A DNA stretch of 64,000 nucleotides from Sporopachydermia quercuum (taxonomy: Eukaryota): the NCBI GenBank assembly GCA_001599295.1, contig BCGN01000009.1, forward strand, positions 496,001 through 560,000. The letters run 5' to 3'. Each line of letters begins with the position of its first letter. The first letter of the stretch is position 1. A program made the translations under genes and the position numbers. The notes beneath the pieces are model-generated. The model searched no databases and was not told the origin of the DNA. It saw only the letters and a program-made list of their open reading frames with translations. Of this stretch, positions 35,601-47,156 are shown piece after piece.

Positions 35601-36393
35601 TGTTTCTATCAGCGTCAACATCAACAGTAATGCTGTCAATATCATTGGTGGTTTTACCAACGGATTCAACGTCATTGCTGTTGGTACTACCATCGTTGCC
35701 ATTATTACCACTAGAATCACTATTAGCACTCTTATTGGGCTCTTGAAATGGCCCCAGCGACCTGAGCGACTCTTGGGCGGTTTCTGCTCCTGTTGATGCC
35801 GCTGCAACTTCTATCAACGTCGTTTCACTGACCATTATAGTTCCCGTTGCCATTGGCTGGTTGAAGTTTGATACCTTACTGTCAACAGCAATACTATTAG
35901 CACTAACCGCGTCATTGTTGCTACTGCTACGCTCATCTATTGAAGCACTAACTGTGGGAATACTATTTTCCTCATGCCGATAGCTTACACTTATTTCAAA
36001 ATCTGTTCTTTTTGGCTGTTCTTTGTCATGCTCCGGCTGTTTGTCATGAACAGACATTGGCATGTTTTCTCCTGGTATCTGTTCATTGTTCCTTATAGTA
36101 CCTGCATCCATCGACTCATTAGTTGGATCTAGTTGAATTTCTGAAATTTCCTTGCTTATTTCCGAGGTTACTAGTGTATTGTCAGTTGTTGATACCTGTA
36201 AAGGGTTCTCATGGATAGGTTTGCCATCAGTTTGCCTTCGCCAATCGGTGGTAGGGTTAGTGGGATTGGTGATGTTGTTGAGAGTATCCATAGGGATGTT
36301 ATCAGCATTTCCGCTGCTATTTCCACTATTTCCACTACTATTTCCGCCTATACTTCCAACTGACTCGCACATTGCATCATCCGAAAGAGGCAT
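32629..36393 (-). CDS. FHL1: Forkhead plus FHA transcription factor regulating ribosomal-protein genes
   Basis: ISAYARLDFESFTFYVQTL and FHA motifs (GR, SRKHA, GRNG), then forkhead KPPLSYSTLI...GWQSSVRHNLSLNK. It is adjacent to PRE2. Confidence 0.95.
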   Translation of the reverse strand: MPLSDDAMCESVGSIGGNSSGNSGNSSGNADNIPMDTLNNITNPTNPTTDWRRQTDGKPIHENPLQVSTTDNTLVTSEISKEISEIQLDPTNESMDAGTIRNNEQIPGENMPMSVHDKQPEHDKEQPKRTDFEISVSYRHEENSIPTVSASIDERSSSNNDAVSANSIAVDSKVSNFNQPMATGTIMVSETTLIEVAAASTGAETAQESLRSLGPFQEPNKSANSDSSGNNGNDGSTNSNDVESVGKTTNDIDSITVDVDADRNNNSTNSTTNNTPITTGDAIANPSIDDDSLLKAPIPDLSQESLIQVPPEPQTAITEQFTLSNAAGTPLSSSGTKQPNEDILLNPDDTILASGDVTLPINPTAXPLSHPTHPDDPTIAITNKQQHTSPDTSSEYKEFPSTFTEPTKRPLIKLENTAPPDLMDFSPDQWNPELAGTSGPSDDGTNTRLTTELSDTPTSNTIKQDLSESSTGVSSLAGPNPAAILAKTPQPLLTREAALGESALQFDESAKISAYARLDFESFTFYVQTLQVLLGRRTDNPNSNSVDVHLGTAKAISRKHAKIFYNFGTQQFEISILGRNGAFIDNTFVETGVTYPLADGTKIQIGQIPFTFVLPSVGDRGVGGASGEKGSGGVSGDKGRGMGVLTEVMKPAEALSLRAITAVPSSASERDRTKDGEERGKEGSDKEKGRRGSKMKNQSSESGEPGVATESRVNSENDSSTTAIDPNNNPANPTAANSKPKKKSRKAEKIVYKPEDIPEEYRTKPPLSYSTLIATCLRTHGSPKGMSLSEIYKSIQELFPYYKYCPDGWQSSVRHNLSLNKTFMKISKEGKGWLWGLDEEYCAEKERQKKKAAANAAAKARAAAARGKGAATGAASSSASTNAGTGPAGASGTGVTQGVKHSTAPSSAGTAATADQNNTASNATKKEKTIAELASEIKLQRSNNDSTRNYDPENASRSSSSPAPGSGVAGSAGAIGNKSKQLNGKEISSDTMKALTYLQQQLMKQLKDKHYDKSTTAAILTQSLAITIAQMTQAAKTMNISSSAFTTHLIEKNPQYLNKMLTTAVTVATANVMKKTAGASKPATSKGTAVGKPASQSPVQKTQPAASTASQQASVSTTPKSVSPVSGNDSTATEGGNTNAKQTETEPQQPPQGTVPSSNASAKQSTDTMNEQSEVPAASGSTTSTSTSTPIPTILSTPVTKCTIPLSTSTPLPDASETESKSLLQMIEQKSLSLKRPGDELEGNEEKIKAPRLE

Positions 36394-38291
36394 CTTATCT
36401 TAACTGGTCATTAAAACCAATTCCCGGTTTTCTATCATTCATCAAGAGAAATAACGTGTGGTCTCTTTACCGTTCGTTGCTTATTGAATATCTTTAAATG
36501 GGTATTTGATATTTATCATCAAATAATCAGTATAATAAATAGGATAGAATAGAATAGATGTAACAGTAGTTAAGGAATACCGGTACAAGTAAAACTTTAC
36601 CGCACTATAAAATCCTTTGAATGCAGCTGTTTGATAATATAACTCTCCCCAATAGTTCTAATATTAATACAATAGTTGATAATACTGGAAGATTCTCTCT
36701 GAGTGCTGAATGTTGAAAGCTGTGTTGTACCTTTAGTGCCTTTGATGCCTTTGGTGCCTTTACCTCAAACAGAGCTGTTAGCGCTAATGATTATAAATAT
36801 GATACAGAAATCGATATAAAACCGCTGAGGCTGATACAAACAGTCATTAAAACGCTGTATAGTGAATACGTCAATAATAGAATGTTTATAGTATATTTCC
36901 TTCTGTTTTAATGCTTCTTTTGCTGCTGTTGCTGTTGTTGTTGCTTGGTGATTATGTGATTTTATCTAAGTGAACTACCACAAGATAAACAACATAATAA
37001 GCACGTATCTAAAGACGATACGTTAGTTGATTCGATAGTAGAAAAACCTTTGTTGTTGGCTTAATAGCTGGTAGGTTCAATTTGATACTGTATTACTAAT
37101 CTTTGTATGCATTTATGCTACTTTATTATGATGGATTATTTATTGTCACTGTTATGTTAATGAATTCTTTGGGAGGCTAGTTGGTGTTTTGATGCTTCAA
37201 AGGGAAATGTGAATATCTGTGTCAGATGTCACGAAATGTCTTGTGTGTCTGGGAAATGTCATGGGAGGTTGGACGGGAAGGATCGATACAGTTATTACGC
37301 GCTCACTGAGTAAGTGGATGGGGATGAAGGAGTGTTTTATGATTATGTGATATTGCATTTGAAATAGAGATTGAAACACGAGACATGGGAGTTGGGACAG
37401 CGTGGGTTTCAGTGATAAAGGAGAAGGTGAAGGTGAATATGAAAAAGAAGGGCAGGAGAAATGAATGATTAGGATAGATCAGTGGTTATTTATAGAGGAT
37501 TTCTTGAACTGAAGCCTCAGGAAGGTGTTGACGTATCAATCAAGAAAGAAATTAAGATAAAAGGGTCTGTCGGGATACAGGATGAGCCATTTGAGGTGGT
37601 GAGGGTTGGAATACTAGATAGTCAAGTCAACTGTTGTTCCGTTGTCAGATGAGACAATTCTGCGAGGTGAGATGATGGGGAACAATTACTGTTATTACTG
37701 TTAAATGACTTGGAATTTTTGATTACCAGGTCCATAAATATAGGTAGAAGTCAGTAATCTTAGATGGATGCTAGAAAGGTTTCCTGAGCAAAAGATTGTG
37801 TAACAGGAATGTTTCTGATGGCTGATGGGTTCAATCTTCTATTGAAATGCATAGTAACAACTACTAACATTTCAATGTAATTAGTACCATCATTTCTCTC
37901 TAATACTAACGAGACACATTTTCTGTTGGAACAAATACTGTAGTTGATCAGCATTACTATTGATTAATCATTGTTGATCTTCTGGTAAGATATCTCTAAC
38001 TACGCTGTCAGTCTCTGCAATACTAAGCATTTACTTAGTAGATTGATAATAATCAATATGATTTTATACACGTTCTTCTTAAAGGATTCCCAAGAATTGC
38101 TATTTATATCCTTTCTATTTCTTATTATTTGAATGTACACACAATTACTATCTTACATCAGCTATCTATTTTACATTCTACACACAGTTCTGCATTACCA
38201 GGAACTTAATATAAACACACACTACTATACACAACACGCCCAACTAGCACAACTTGTTATTCATGTCTTCTAAGACATATCAACACGATAA

Positions 38292-39755
38292 TCAATTATA
38301 GATATCAGCAACGTACTCAACCACAGATTGTAGATCAGACCTTTCCTTCAGCATAATAGTGAGCAATCTTGCAATCTCCTTATCAGCCAATAAAACAGCA
38401 CACGCTTCAGCGGATAGACATGACAAAGGATCACCTTTTCTGGCCCACATGAGCTTCTGCGAAGCGTGTTTGATTGCTTGTTCATATGGAAGTTCACCAG
38501 TTGAGGCCGTCATAAACACCATCCCCATTGAAAACAAGTCTGTAGCGAATGATGGACATTTTGGAGGATTAGTAAGGATCTCAGGTGCTGAAAAGTTCAC
38601 AGTAGTTGGCAGCGTGCCAAATGAAAGATCCAACGAAGGTAGTTTCCAAGTTGGCATTGCTGATGAGAAATCACACAATCTGAAGTCTCCTTGGCGAGTA
38701 ACCATTATGTTTGACGGTTTAATATCAACATGGACGATTTCTGATTTATAGAGAAACTCCAAGGCTGTCAACATTTGTCTGACCAGCAACCAAAACGTAT
38801 TTCTATCCAGCAGAGCAGTTGAAGGTGACGAAGGTAGAGGACCTGAAGTAGGGGTAGTAGGAATTGACCCGTTGAAACTTTCGCTTCTGCTTATGATTCG
38901 TTCTCTCTTTCTTTGGTCCAAATACTCATCAAGACTCATTAATAGTAACTCATATACCAAAACAGGTTTGTTGACGCCTTCTTCCCATTCGCCAAATAGC
39001 TGTATTATATTAAATTGTCCTAAATCACAGCTTTGTTGCATCATTTGATACATAATTTTGGATTCTGACTGAATCACATCTTCACACTTTCTGTACGGAA
39101 CTTTCACGGCTACTTTATACACTTTTCTCTCGAAATCACTGTTTCTTCCATGAGTGCCAGCACTTGTATTCATATACTCACTCTCGTTGTCAACAAGTGA
39201 AAGATCTCCTTTCATGACCTGTGCAAATCCTCCATGGCCTAACTCCTCTTTGGTATTCCAGCTCAGTTTCACAGTACTTTGCACAAATTTGATGCACTTT
39301 TCCCTGCTGTTGACTTCCTTCTCTGTGACATAATGACCAGGTTTCCGGAACAACAGCTCCAGTAGTGGGTCCTCTGTAATACATGACTTCCTTCTGGTGT
39401 CATGGAAAGACTCCCTTGACTTCACTCGCGCCATTGGTGACANAGGAGACAGCGGCAATGAAATACACTGTGGTTTCTGTTCAAAAATATTATTATGGCA
39501 GGTAGCTGGTGTTGTTGGTGGTGTAGCTGGGGCCGAACTACTGCACGTTAGAATGCTGTTGTTAGGACTCAGGGGCTTCTTGAAAGGACTAATCAAGGTT
39601 ACCTTTTCTCCCTTGTTATTATTCATTGTTGTATATTGATTGGCCTTCATGTTGGAATTCAGTATACTGTTAGACATCTGCTGTGAATTCAAAATCATAT
39701 TGTCGTATTTAGAATGAGGCTTGCTCTGAGGTGTCAGAGAAGAGTTGTTGCACAT
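38292..39755 (-). CDS. ISR1: Divergent Ser/Thr protein kinase, Isr1-like
   Basis: LGHGGFAQV, VAVK, HVDIKPSN, DFS and APE motifs, with N-terminal ATPPTTP as in Isr1. It lies near FHL1, as in S. cerevisiae. Confidence 0.78.
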   Translation of the reverse strand: MCNNSSLTPQSKPHSKYDNMILNSQQMSNSILNSNMKANQYTTMNNNKGEKVTLISPFKKPLSPNNSILTCSSSAPATPPTTPATCHNNIFEQKPQCISLPLSPXSPMARVKSRESFHDTRRKSCITEDPLLELLFRKPGHYVTEKEVNSREKCIKFVQSTVKLSWNTKEELGHGGFAQVMKGDLSLVDNESEYMNTSAGTHGRNSDFERKVYKVAVKVPYRKCEDVIQSESKIMYQMMQQSCDLGQFNIIQLFGEWEEGVNKPVLVYELLLMSLDEYLDQRKRERIISRSESFNGSIPTTPTSGPLPSSPSTALLDRNTFWLLVRQMLTALEFLYKSEIVHVDIKPSNIMVTRQGDFRLCDFSSAMPTWKLPSLDLSFGTLPTTVNFSAPEILTNPPKCPSFATDLFSMGMVFMTASTGELPYEQAIKHASQKLMWARKGDPLSCLSAEACAVLLADKEIARLLTIMLKERSDLQSVVEYVADIYN

Positions 39756-42119
39756 TTTGGTGAAATACTAGGTATAAAAAAAAAAGTATGCAGTCTGTTT
39801 GTAGAGATATCTTTTAAGAAATTAGAGGAAACTTCTCCTGATTGGAAAAACAGTTTAGTTGAATATCCTGCTTGTTTTAACGTTTATTTGTTTGGTTGAT
39901 TTCTTTCTAATAGCATTTCATTGTCGTTGAGTATCTCTTCCAGTATCTCTTCCAGTATCTCGATATTGATCAACAGTCTCTTCCTGGACACTTGATTCAA
40001 ATCTCTTCGCTCCCTTAAAATTCTGCTATTTCTTTCTCTCGCTCTTCTCACTCAGAAGTGCTTATGAGTGTAAGTGTGAGTGTTCAAGTTAGCTATTCCA
40101 ACTAATTTTTCATATCTCTTGTACTATGTTCAATATACACCATTCGCGATACAATCCGCCTAAAACCGTAGATATCCACTGTCTGTTCTATAAATATGTC
40201 TTTATGTTGTATATTTTGAGACTGAAGAGCATAATCTTTATTGTTTAATACTCTCTGATTCTATTAGTTATCTTTAATATTCAAATCTGAATTCTCGCCT
40301 CATTACCAGAGAAAAAAAACTGTAGATATATTTGTTGTGCACAGAGGAATGAGCATTATTACCTCTATGGCAAAACAAAACAAGCGAAGCATGGGGAACT
40401 GGCTAACTTTAAATTGATGTCAGTAGGAGAGCCCAATTGGGTTTAAGTGGAAGTACATTTGAGATGCGTCAATTAGTGGATTCTGAGGGAGGGTAACAGC
40501 CACATGGTAGCTGGTCACCAATTTGGTTGCCTTTATTTGATGTGTCAAATGCGGTAATTGACGTAGTATAAAAGTGATTTATAATTATAAACTCATTTTA
40601 TGATTGCGAGAATTCTTATTACTAAGTTTTATGATGTATTTGAGAAGTTTAGTAGTATGAAGAAAGAGGGAGCATGATGGTTTTTCAACTTAAAATTGAC
40701 AGTGCATTGTTTTGCATTAGTTTGCAGGACCGATGCACAAGTCGAGAAATCATTTCGTCGGCCGTAAAAACTGTTTCGGTCATGATGAGAAAGAATGTCT
40801 GGGAATTAAAGGTGTTTCAAGGCAAAAGCTGATAAAAAATTTGAAGAGCTATGGCTGGTTTGCTTGTTCATAAAGCTGGTATCGTTGCCAAAGGAGATTG
40901 GTTCTTTACCTTAGCAGATTTGGTAGATAAGGCAAAAGTTTATCAGTACAACGAGGTCATTAAGAGATTTCAGTTTGAGATTATTTTCTTCAACGCCAGT
41001 AGATCTGTTCGTTGTTATGTAATAACATTTAGTCGTGTCCTTTCATTATTAACAGTATATCTTAATTTTTGGCTTCTCTTATGCTACATCTAATAATTAA
41101 ATGAGCGACTTGTAGCAATTGATGGCATTTTCCATTGCAAGCTTTTTAGAGTTTGATTGAAACTTTTTGATGCATATGCGAATCAATAAGTTAATTAACC
41201 GAAACAAGCATAAAACTGTCCGTTTTCGTAACATGTGTTTCACATGACTGAANACTGTCAGAACTGTAATCAGAAAGCAGTTGGTTGGTTATCTGTGAAG
41301 ATTATCAGATGAGGTAAGTTGCTGCTTAATAGGCTGTGACAAAAAAAAAAAGATATTAAGAAAATGGCTCTTAGGGGTGCTTTAATTGAACTGAGTGTCA
41401 AAAGCCAGGAGAAACAGTAATTTATCAAGTAGCAATTGTCACTCAATATGAAAGAGATTTGACGGGAACTGCGGCTTGAAGTGCTACCTCGAGATTCTGA
41501 CAGGAAGAATGAGGACAACTTCATCAGAAGAACCACAAAAAAGAACCCAATAACTCATAAGACCACTTGCTTTGTTTCACAGCATTTGTTAAGCATTTAA
41601 TTTCACCTTTGGTGCTTCTAAAAGTTATTCGCTTATCTATCAATCTTATCTTCTCCTCGGACTATTTGGATATCACATAATCATTCTATGGAAGAACAGG
41701 GTAACCGCTTTTTTATATTANTAGCAAGGATTCCCCCTTCTGATTTCTTCGCAGATTACATGTAATTTCAAAGGCAAAGGTTACACAATCAACAGACTGA
41801 GGTCTGACATTTTGACCAGACTTTGATGCTGGCCATCCAGTTGCCGTGATAAATGTATAGATGCCAATAAAGGTGAAGACTATCAAGAAAGCTATCATCT
41901 ATCGTTAGAAAGACTGTTAATGGTGTGAGAGAACATTTGAACATAACAGTTATTATTTTGGAGAGTCCAACGTTGAGATTGAGAGTAATCTAATCAAGAT
42001 CACCAACAGATTCATGCAATTACGTTCTGTAGATACAGATTTAGCTGCAAACGAATGAGAAAGCTTATGAGGAGCATCTAGAACAATCAAGCCAGAATCC
42101 ATCCATAATCTCACCAGAA

Positions 42120-43196
42120 ATGCCAGGTACAACCTTACAAGAAGTTGCTATTTTAAGCAAAACCGTGACAGTAGCACCATTAGTGTTGTTATCAGTTGTA
42201 GATCATTATAACCGTACTAAGACGACAGGCAAGAAGCGAGTATTAGGAGTTTTACTAGGAGATGCATCGGGTCGCAATAATACGATACGAGTGGCGAATA
42301 GTTTTGCAATCCCCTTTGAAGAAGATGAAAAGAATCCGTCTGTTTGGTTTCTAGATCACAACTATATAGAAAGTATGTGTGATATGTTTAAGAAGATCAA
42401 CGCCAAAGAGAAGTTAATCGGCTGGTATCATTCAGGACCCAAATTAAGAGCATCTGATTTAGAAATCAATGATTTATTCAAGAAATACACACCAAACCCA
42501 TTATTATTGATTGTTGATGTTGTTCCTAGCGAGGTTGGAATCCCCACTGATGCCTATTTCGCAATTGAGGAAATTAAAGATGATGGTACATCAACAGAAA
42601 AGACATTTGTTCATGTACCCAGTGTGATCGAAGCAGAAGAAGCCGAAGAAATTGGTGTTGAACACTTATTAAGAGATATTCGTGATCAAGCTGCTGGATC
42701 GCTATCAATGAGATTGACAAATCAGCTACAGTCTTTACAGGGATTAAATAGTAAACTACGGGATATTGCTAAGTATCTCGATGATATACTTGAAAAGCGA
42801 CTACCTGTTAACCACGTCATTCTAGGTAAACTTCAAGACGTGTTCAATCTTTTACCTAAATTGTCTGGAATTTACGGTGGAGAGAGTCCAACTACAGCTG
42901 ATGATAAGAAAGATGCTATTGTTGATGCTGGGGTGTTGGGATCTAAGTCAGATGATTTATCTCGAGCATTCACCATGAAAACAAATGATGAGCTTATGAT
43001 TGTTTATTTGAGTAGTATGATCAGAGCCATTATAGCATTCCATGATTTGATCGAGAATAAAATCGAGAACAAAAAACGTGAAGAAGCTTTGAATGCAACT
43101 GAAGTCGATGCAGCTAAAACTGAGACTACGGAAAACNGTGAAGCTACTGATCAACAAGAAAAGGCACAACCTCAGTCAGGATCAAAAACTGATTGA
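42120..43196 (+). CDS. RPN8: 26S proteasome lid subunit (MPN domain)
   Basis: [32 protein letters not shown] and [16 protein letters not shown]. Confidence 0.97.
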   Translation: MPGTTLQEVAILSKTVTVAPLVLLSVVDHYNRTKTTGKKRVLGVLLGDASGRNNTIRVANSFAIPFEEDEKNPSVWFLDHNYIESMCDMFKKINAKEKLIGWYHSGPKLRASDLEINDLFKKYTPNPLLLIVDVVPSEVGIPTDAYFAIEEIKDDGTSTEKTFVHVPSVIEAEEAEEIGVEHLLRDIRDQAAGSLSMRLTNQLQSLQGLNSKLRDIAKYLDDILEKRLPVNHVILGKLQDVFNLLPKLSGIYGGESPTTADDKKDAIVDAGVLGSKSDDLSRAFTMKTNDELMIVYLSSMIRAIIAFHDLIENKIENKKREEALNATEVDAAKTETTENXEATDQQEKAQPQSGSKTD

Positions 43197-43863
43197 TTTT
43201 ATAAAAAGTAATACATTTCGTCCTACTATAACATAAATATATCTCAAAATACTAGCAATTGTGAGTAACTATTAAATACTCTTCAATATCCATCCAATCT
43301 TCTGACTTGCCTCCCATTTTTGTGTCCCATATCAAATGCCATATAACATTATGTCTCACTCCACATATCCTTAGTCAGAATTTTGATGTGTGGGTGCATA
43401 ATTTCAATTCTGGATAAACCTTAATCGTGCGTCAAACTTGCATACAAACTGCTGGACCGAGTATCAACATGAAAGCTCATTGAAGCTGTCAAAGCACCAT
43501 GTAGCAAATAGTAGGAAAGCAATATTAATAACGCGAGTAAAACCTTTGGCACAGGCTTCGACAGGGTTCATGGTATTTATTAGAAGAGCATTTAATGCAA
43601 TATTTCACCTTACAGATATTTGCTGTAAATCAGATTCTTCCGTAAGGTATATCGCTGTTGTGAGACTGTAGGAGAATACACCCTTTGAGCCTTCATTCAG
43701 CCTTGGGCACCAACTAATAACTGACTGGAAGGACATCAATACTGGGTAATAATTGATTGCCAGATGATATAAAGGCTCTGGATTGCCCGGAACATTGACA
43801 TAAATTCAGGTAGATATTCAAAAATATAGACTAAAAGGCTGACTCCTGCTCTTGGATACTACA

Positions 43864-45339
43864 ATGGTGCTGATAGGAATACGCAGTAGATTCGGCTTCC
43901 GGCTGATGAAAACTGCTCCTTCCTACATAGTAAGGAACAGTATAAATCAACTTGGTGATAGTAAAAGATACGTTTCTACCACAGTTGGGACTTTTTTCAA
44001 CACGAATACTAATGGCGAATCAATGCTCAGACTGAGAGATTCCCCTATTGATTTCTTCTCAAACTATGGATACATTTATCCTAGCATATCTAAACGACCA
44101 TTCACTTTGACTCAAACTACATCAATATCAGTTAGTAATAAGATTGATAAAAACATTGCATCTTCACCTATTCAAGCTTCAGCTATTGCTGGTGATACCG
44201 TGTCAGTGTCTACTGCCACAGCAGAACCAACCGTTATCAATATACACTCAGCGATACCCTTTGAAGTGAAACCAAAAACACCACGAGAAAGTGACCATAA
44301 AGTCAAAAGCAAAGAAGCTGTTGATTTACGGACTAAGATGAATTATTACGTTGCATTAACCAAACCAAGATTAACCATATTAGTAATGCTTTCAGCAATC
44401 ACTCCTTATTCATTGGCTCCGTACCCTGGAGACGTTGCATCATTAATCTTCCTAACAATTGGTACCACATTATGCTCAGGAGCAGCTAATGCCATTAATA
44501 TGGGTCGTGAGCCTGATTTCGATAAACTGATGGGTCGTACTAAAGGAAGACCTGTTGCCAGAGGTTATCTAACCCCAAGAGAAGCTTATATATTTGCAGC
44601 AGTAATCGGTGTGCTAGGTACAGCGATTCTATACTACGGAGTGAATCCTACAGTGGCAGCCCTTGGATTTGGCAATATTGTCTTATATGCAGGTATTTAT
44701 ACATCAATGAAACGGAAATCTATTCTCAACACATGGGTTGGAGCTATTGTTGGAGCAATTCCACCATTAATGGGTTGGGCAACTGCAGGCCCCTTAACGG
44801 ATTATGGTGCTTGGTGTCTTGCTGGAATTCTTTATGCATGGCAATTTCCTCATTTCAACGCTCTGAGTCATGGAATCAAAGACGAGTACAAACGGGCTGG
44901 ATATATCATGACATCTTGGAGGAATCCAAGTCTCAATGCTCGCGTTTCTTTACGATATGCTATTGCTTTAGTGGGGTTATGTTACGGATTAAGCTATTTT
45001 GAAATCACGGATTGGTATTTCCAATTGGACTCTTCGATATTCAATCTCTGGTTTATTTATGCTGCATATAAGTTTTGGCAGCAACAAAGGATTTGTTTGA
45101 AGAAGAATGCTTATGATGTTACTAATAAGCTGTTCAATTCACCTGAGCTGTTGAATGAGAGAGGTACTGCTAACATCTATGCTAGGAAGTTATTCTGGGT
45201 CAGTGTGTTTTACCTTCCTGCTGTGTTTGTATTGGCAATGTTGCATAAAGAGGGTCAATGGGATTGGCTATTTGAGGGGTATGGATATCACGATGGTAAC
45301 GAGGACGATGAAGACAAGTTAGATAGGAAGAGATTTTGA
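43864..45339 (+). CDS. COX10: Protoheme IX farnesyltransferase, mitochondrial
   Basis: LTKPRLT, MGRTKGRP, NTWVGAIVGAIPPLMGW and WQFPHFNAL, with a basic presequence from the ATG at 43864. Confidence 0.96.
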   Translation: MVLIGIRSRFGFRLMKTAPSYIVRNSINQLGDSKRYVSTTVGTFFNTNTNGESMLRLRDSPIDFFSNYGYIYPSISKRPFTLTQTTSISVSNKIDKNIASSPIQASAIAGDTVSVSTATAEPTVINIHSAIPFEVKPKTPRESDHKVKSKEAVDLRTKMNYYVALTKPRLTILVMLSAITPYSLAPYPGDVASLIFLTIGTTLCSGAANAINMGREPDFDKLMGRTKGRPVARGYLTPREAYIFAAVIGVLGTAILYYGVNPTVAALGFGNIVLYAGIYTSMKRKSILNTWVGAIVGAIPPLMGWATAGPLTDYGAWCLAGILYAWQFPHFNALSHGIKDEYKRAGYIMTSWRNPSLNARVSLRYAIALVGLCYGLSYFEITDWYFQLDSSIFNLWFIYAAYKFWQQQRICLKKNAYDVTNKLFNSPELLNERGTANIYARKLFWVSVFYLPAVFVLAMLHKEGQWDWLFEGYGYHDGNEDDEDKLDRKRF

Positions 45340-46703
45340 ATGCCTGATAGTAAACATGTATATATTCAGACGATTGGCTGTTTTTATTGATATTGTATGA
45401 ACTATCTATTATGAGCAGAGAACTAGAGCATAAATGTTGAGTGAGTGAGGCGGACAGAATCTTAGCTTAATGATTACTAGTTGAGATAACTAGCTCAAAT
45501 ATCTCTAGATTATAGAATCAAGATGAAATTACATCGGAAAAGTGTTTCTGTTGTTTACTAGTGGTCACCACCTATCACATTATCTGATGTGAACAGTGTC
45601 AGCTTAGTATGATCCCTAAGGCTTAAACTACTCTTTTCAATGCTTTTTCATACCATAAATCTTGCTACTATCGTTCTGCATCATATTTACCTATGATTTG
45701 CTGATATATATCTCTTCTTCCCTATTGTTAAATCAGCACTCTATGTGGTTGTATTCTAAGTTTTGTTTCTCATGTGCTTTGCTATTCCCTTTCTGTATAT
45801 AATTGAACCATTTTGAAAATAAACTATGTTATTATATAATATATATAGGCATTTGTAGACGGCGTTATGACTATCGTTTCGTTAGAATACCAATGGAAGT
45901 ATTGTCTCAGGATTCAAATATGACCAGAGATCGTTCATGTTTGTTGAACAACTACAAACATATCGTCAGAAGTAAAAAGAAGAAAAAGTAAAAACGACGG
46001 TCAACGCAAACCACCATACTATGAATACTCTATTACAAGATTATATTACAAAAGACATGTTATAACAACATATCAGATACGTTCTGTCAAGTGAAACGCT
46101 CTGCTTCACAATGATTGAGATTGATAAGCAAAATCATTATCATAGAAGGCAAGCAGTTGAAATACAGATTATGTGTTTCTTCCAAGCAAGTTTAACCACC
46201 ATCTACGTCTTGAGATTAGCAGTTGAATCCTAACCGTGAACAAAAGCAAGAACGATATGTGTAACAAATTGACATCGACAATCTCACCACGTTGGAGAAA
46301 GTCTGCAATGAAGCAGAACAACTGGATCACCTGAAGGGTCGATAATTATCAATGAATCCAGTCCTTCTATCCATCTACCCTCAGTCAATTACAATGAGTT
46401 CGAAGTACAAGGTAGCGTTCTAAGAGAAATGCCTACAAACACTACGAGATACAAGAATTCAGGAATAGCGATCACCAACAAGCAAGATTCAATTTCGAAT
46501 CTGTGCCTTTTTAGTGGATAAAAAGCAATCAACCAAGCTGATCAGAAAGAGCATTCATTCATACTGATGATCAAAAGACATTTTGGATTAGATAATATGA
46601 TATTCAGCTTGACTGAGGCATGATTTTTCTTACATAAACGCAAGAGACCATTGAAAACAAGATTGAAACTGTAAATAATCAACATTGAGATTACATAACC
46701 AAC

Positions 46704-47156
46704 AAATGCTCTTTGACGAAAGCGATTAGGAAGCTGATAGATTAACTATGGCATGCAAATAACATGCACAGTTGTAAACCTTGTAGAATTACCAGATTCG
46801 TCATTTCTANGAAAATTTCAAACTTTAGTTTTTCTTTGCTTGGTTTTTAAGATTAAGAATTTCTGCGTAACTATGCAATATATATGCATATAAAACTATA
46901 ATCAAGGTTAACGTCTATGTGATTCAATGCAATGTCATGTAATGTATTTTACTGTAAGGTAGTGCAATGCAATGTAATGCGATACATGAATGCAAAGAGA
47001 CGTTTAACCTTAAAAATTGAGCAAAGGAAAACTAAAGTTTGAAATTTTCNTAGAAATGACGAATCTGGTAATTCTACAAGGTTTACAACTGTGCATGTTA
47101 TTTGCATGCCATAGTTAATCTATCAGCTTCCTAATCGCTTTCGTCAAAGAGCATTT
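46704..47156. repeat. 137-bp near-perfect inverted repeat (46704-46840 / 47020-47156) around a 179-bp spacer
   Basis: The arms are reverse complements with one visible mismatch and one N at mirror positions (46810 and 47050). Confidence 0.97.

Noticed and set aside
32648..36403. Many antisense and alternative-frame ORFs overlapping FHL1 and other genes
   Set aside because: Shadows of low-complexity or GC-richer coding sequence, with no independent support.
36725..36760. Short tandem repeats upstream of FHL1 (TGCCTTT-containing 9-mers), of ISR1 near 39932 (GTATCTCTTCCA) and of YVH1 near 50498 (CACTCCAAACAR)
   Set aside because: Only two to four copies each, consistent with ordinary slippage. 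No spacers, so not CRISPR-like.
46000..46700. Coding-like sequence beside the inverted repeat, considered as a transposase relic
   Set aside because: No ORF of 60 aa or more and no recognisable transposase, integrase or reverse-transcriptase motif.
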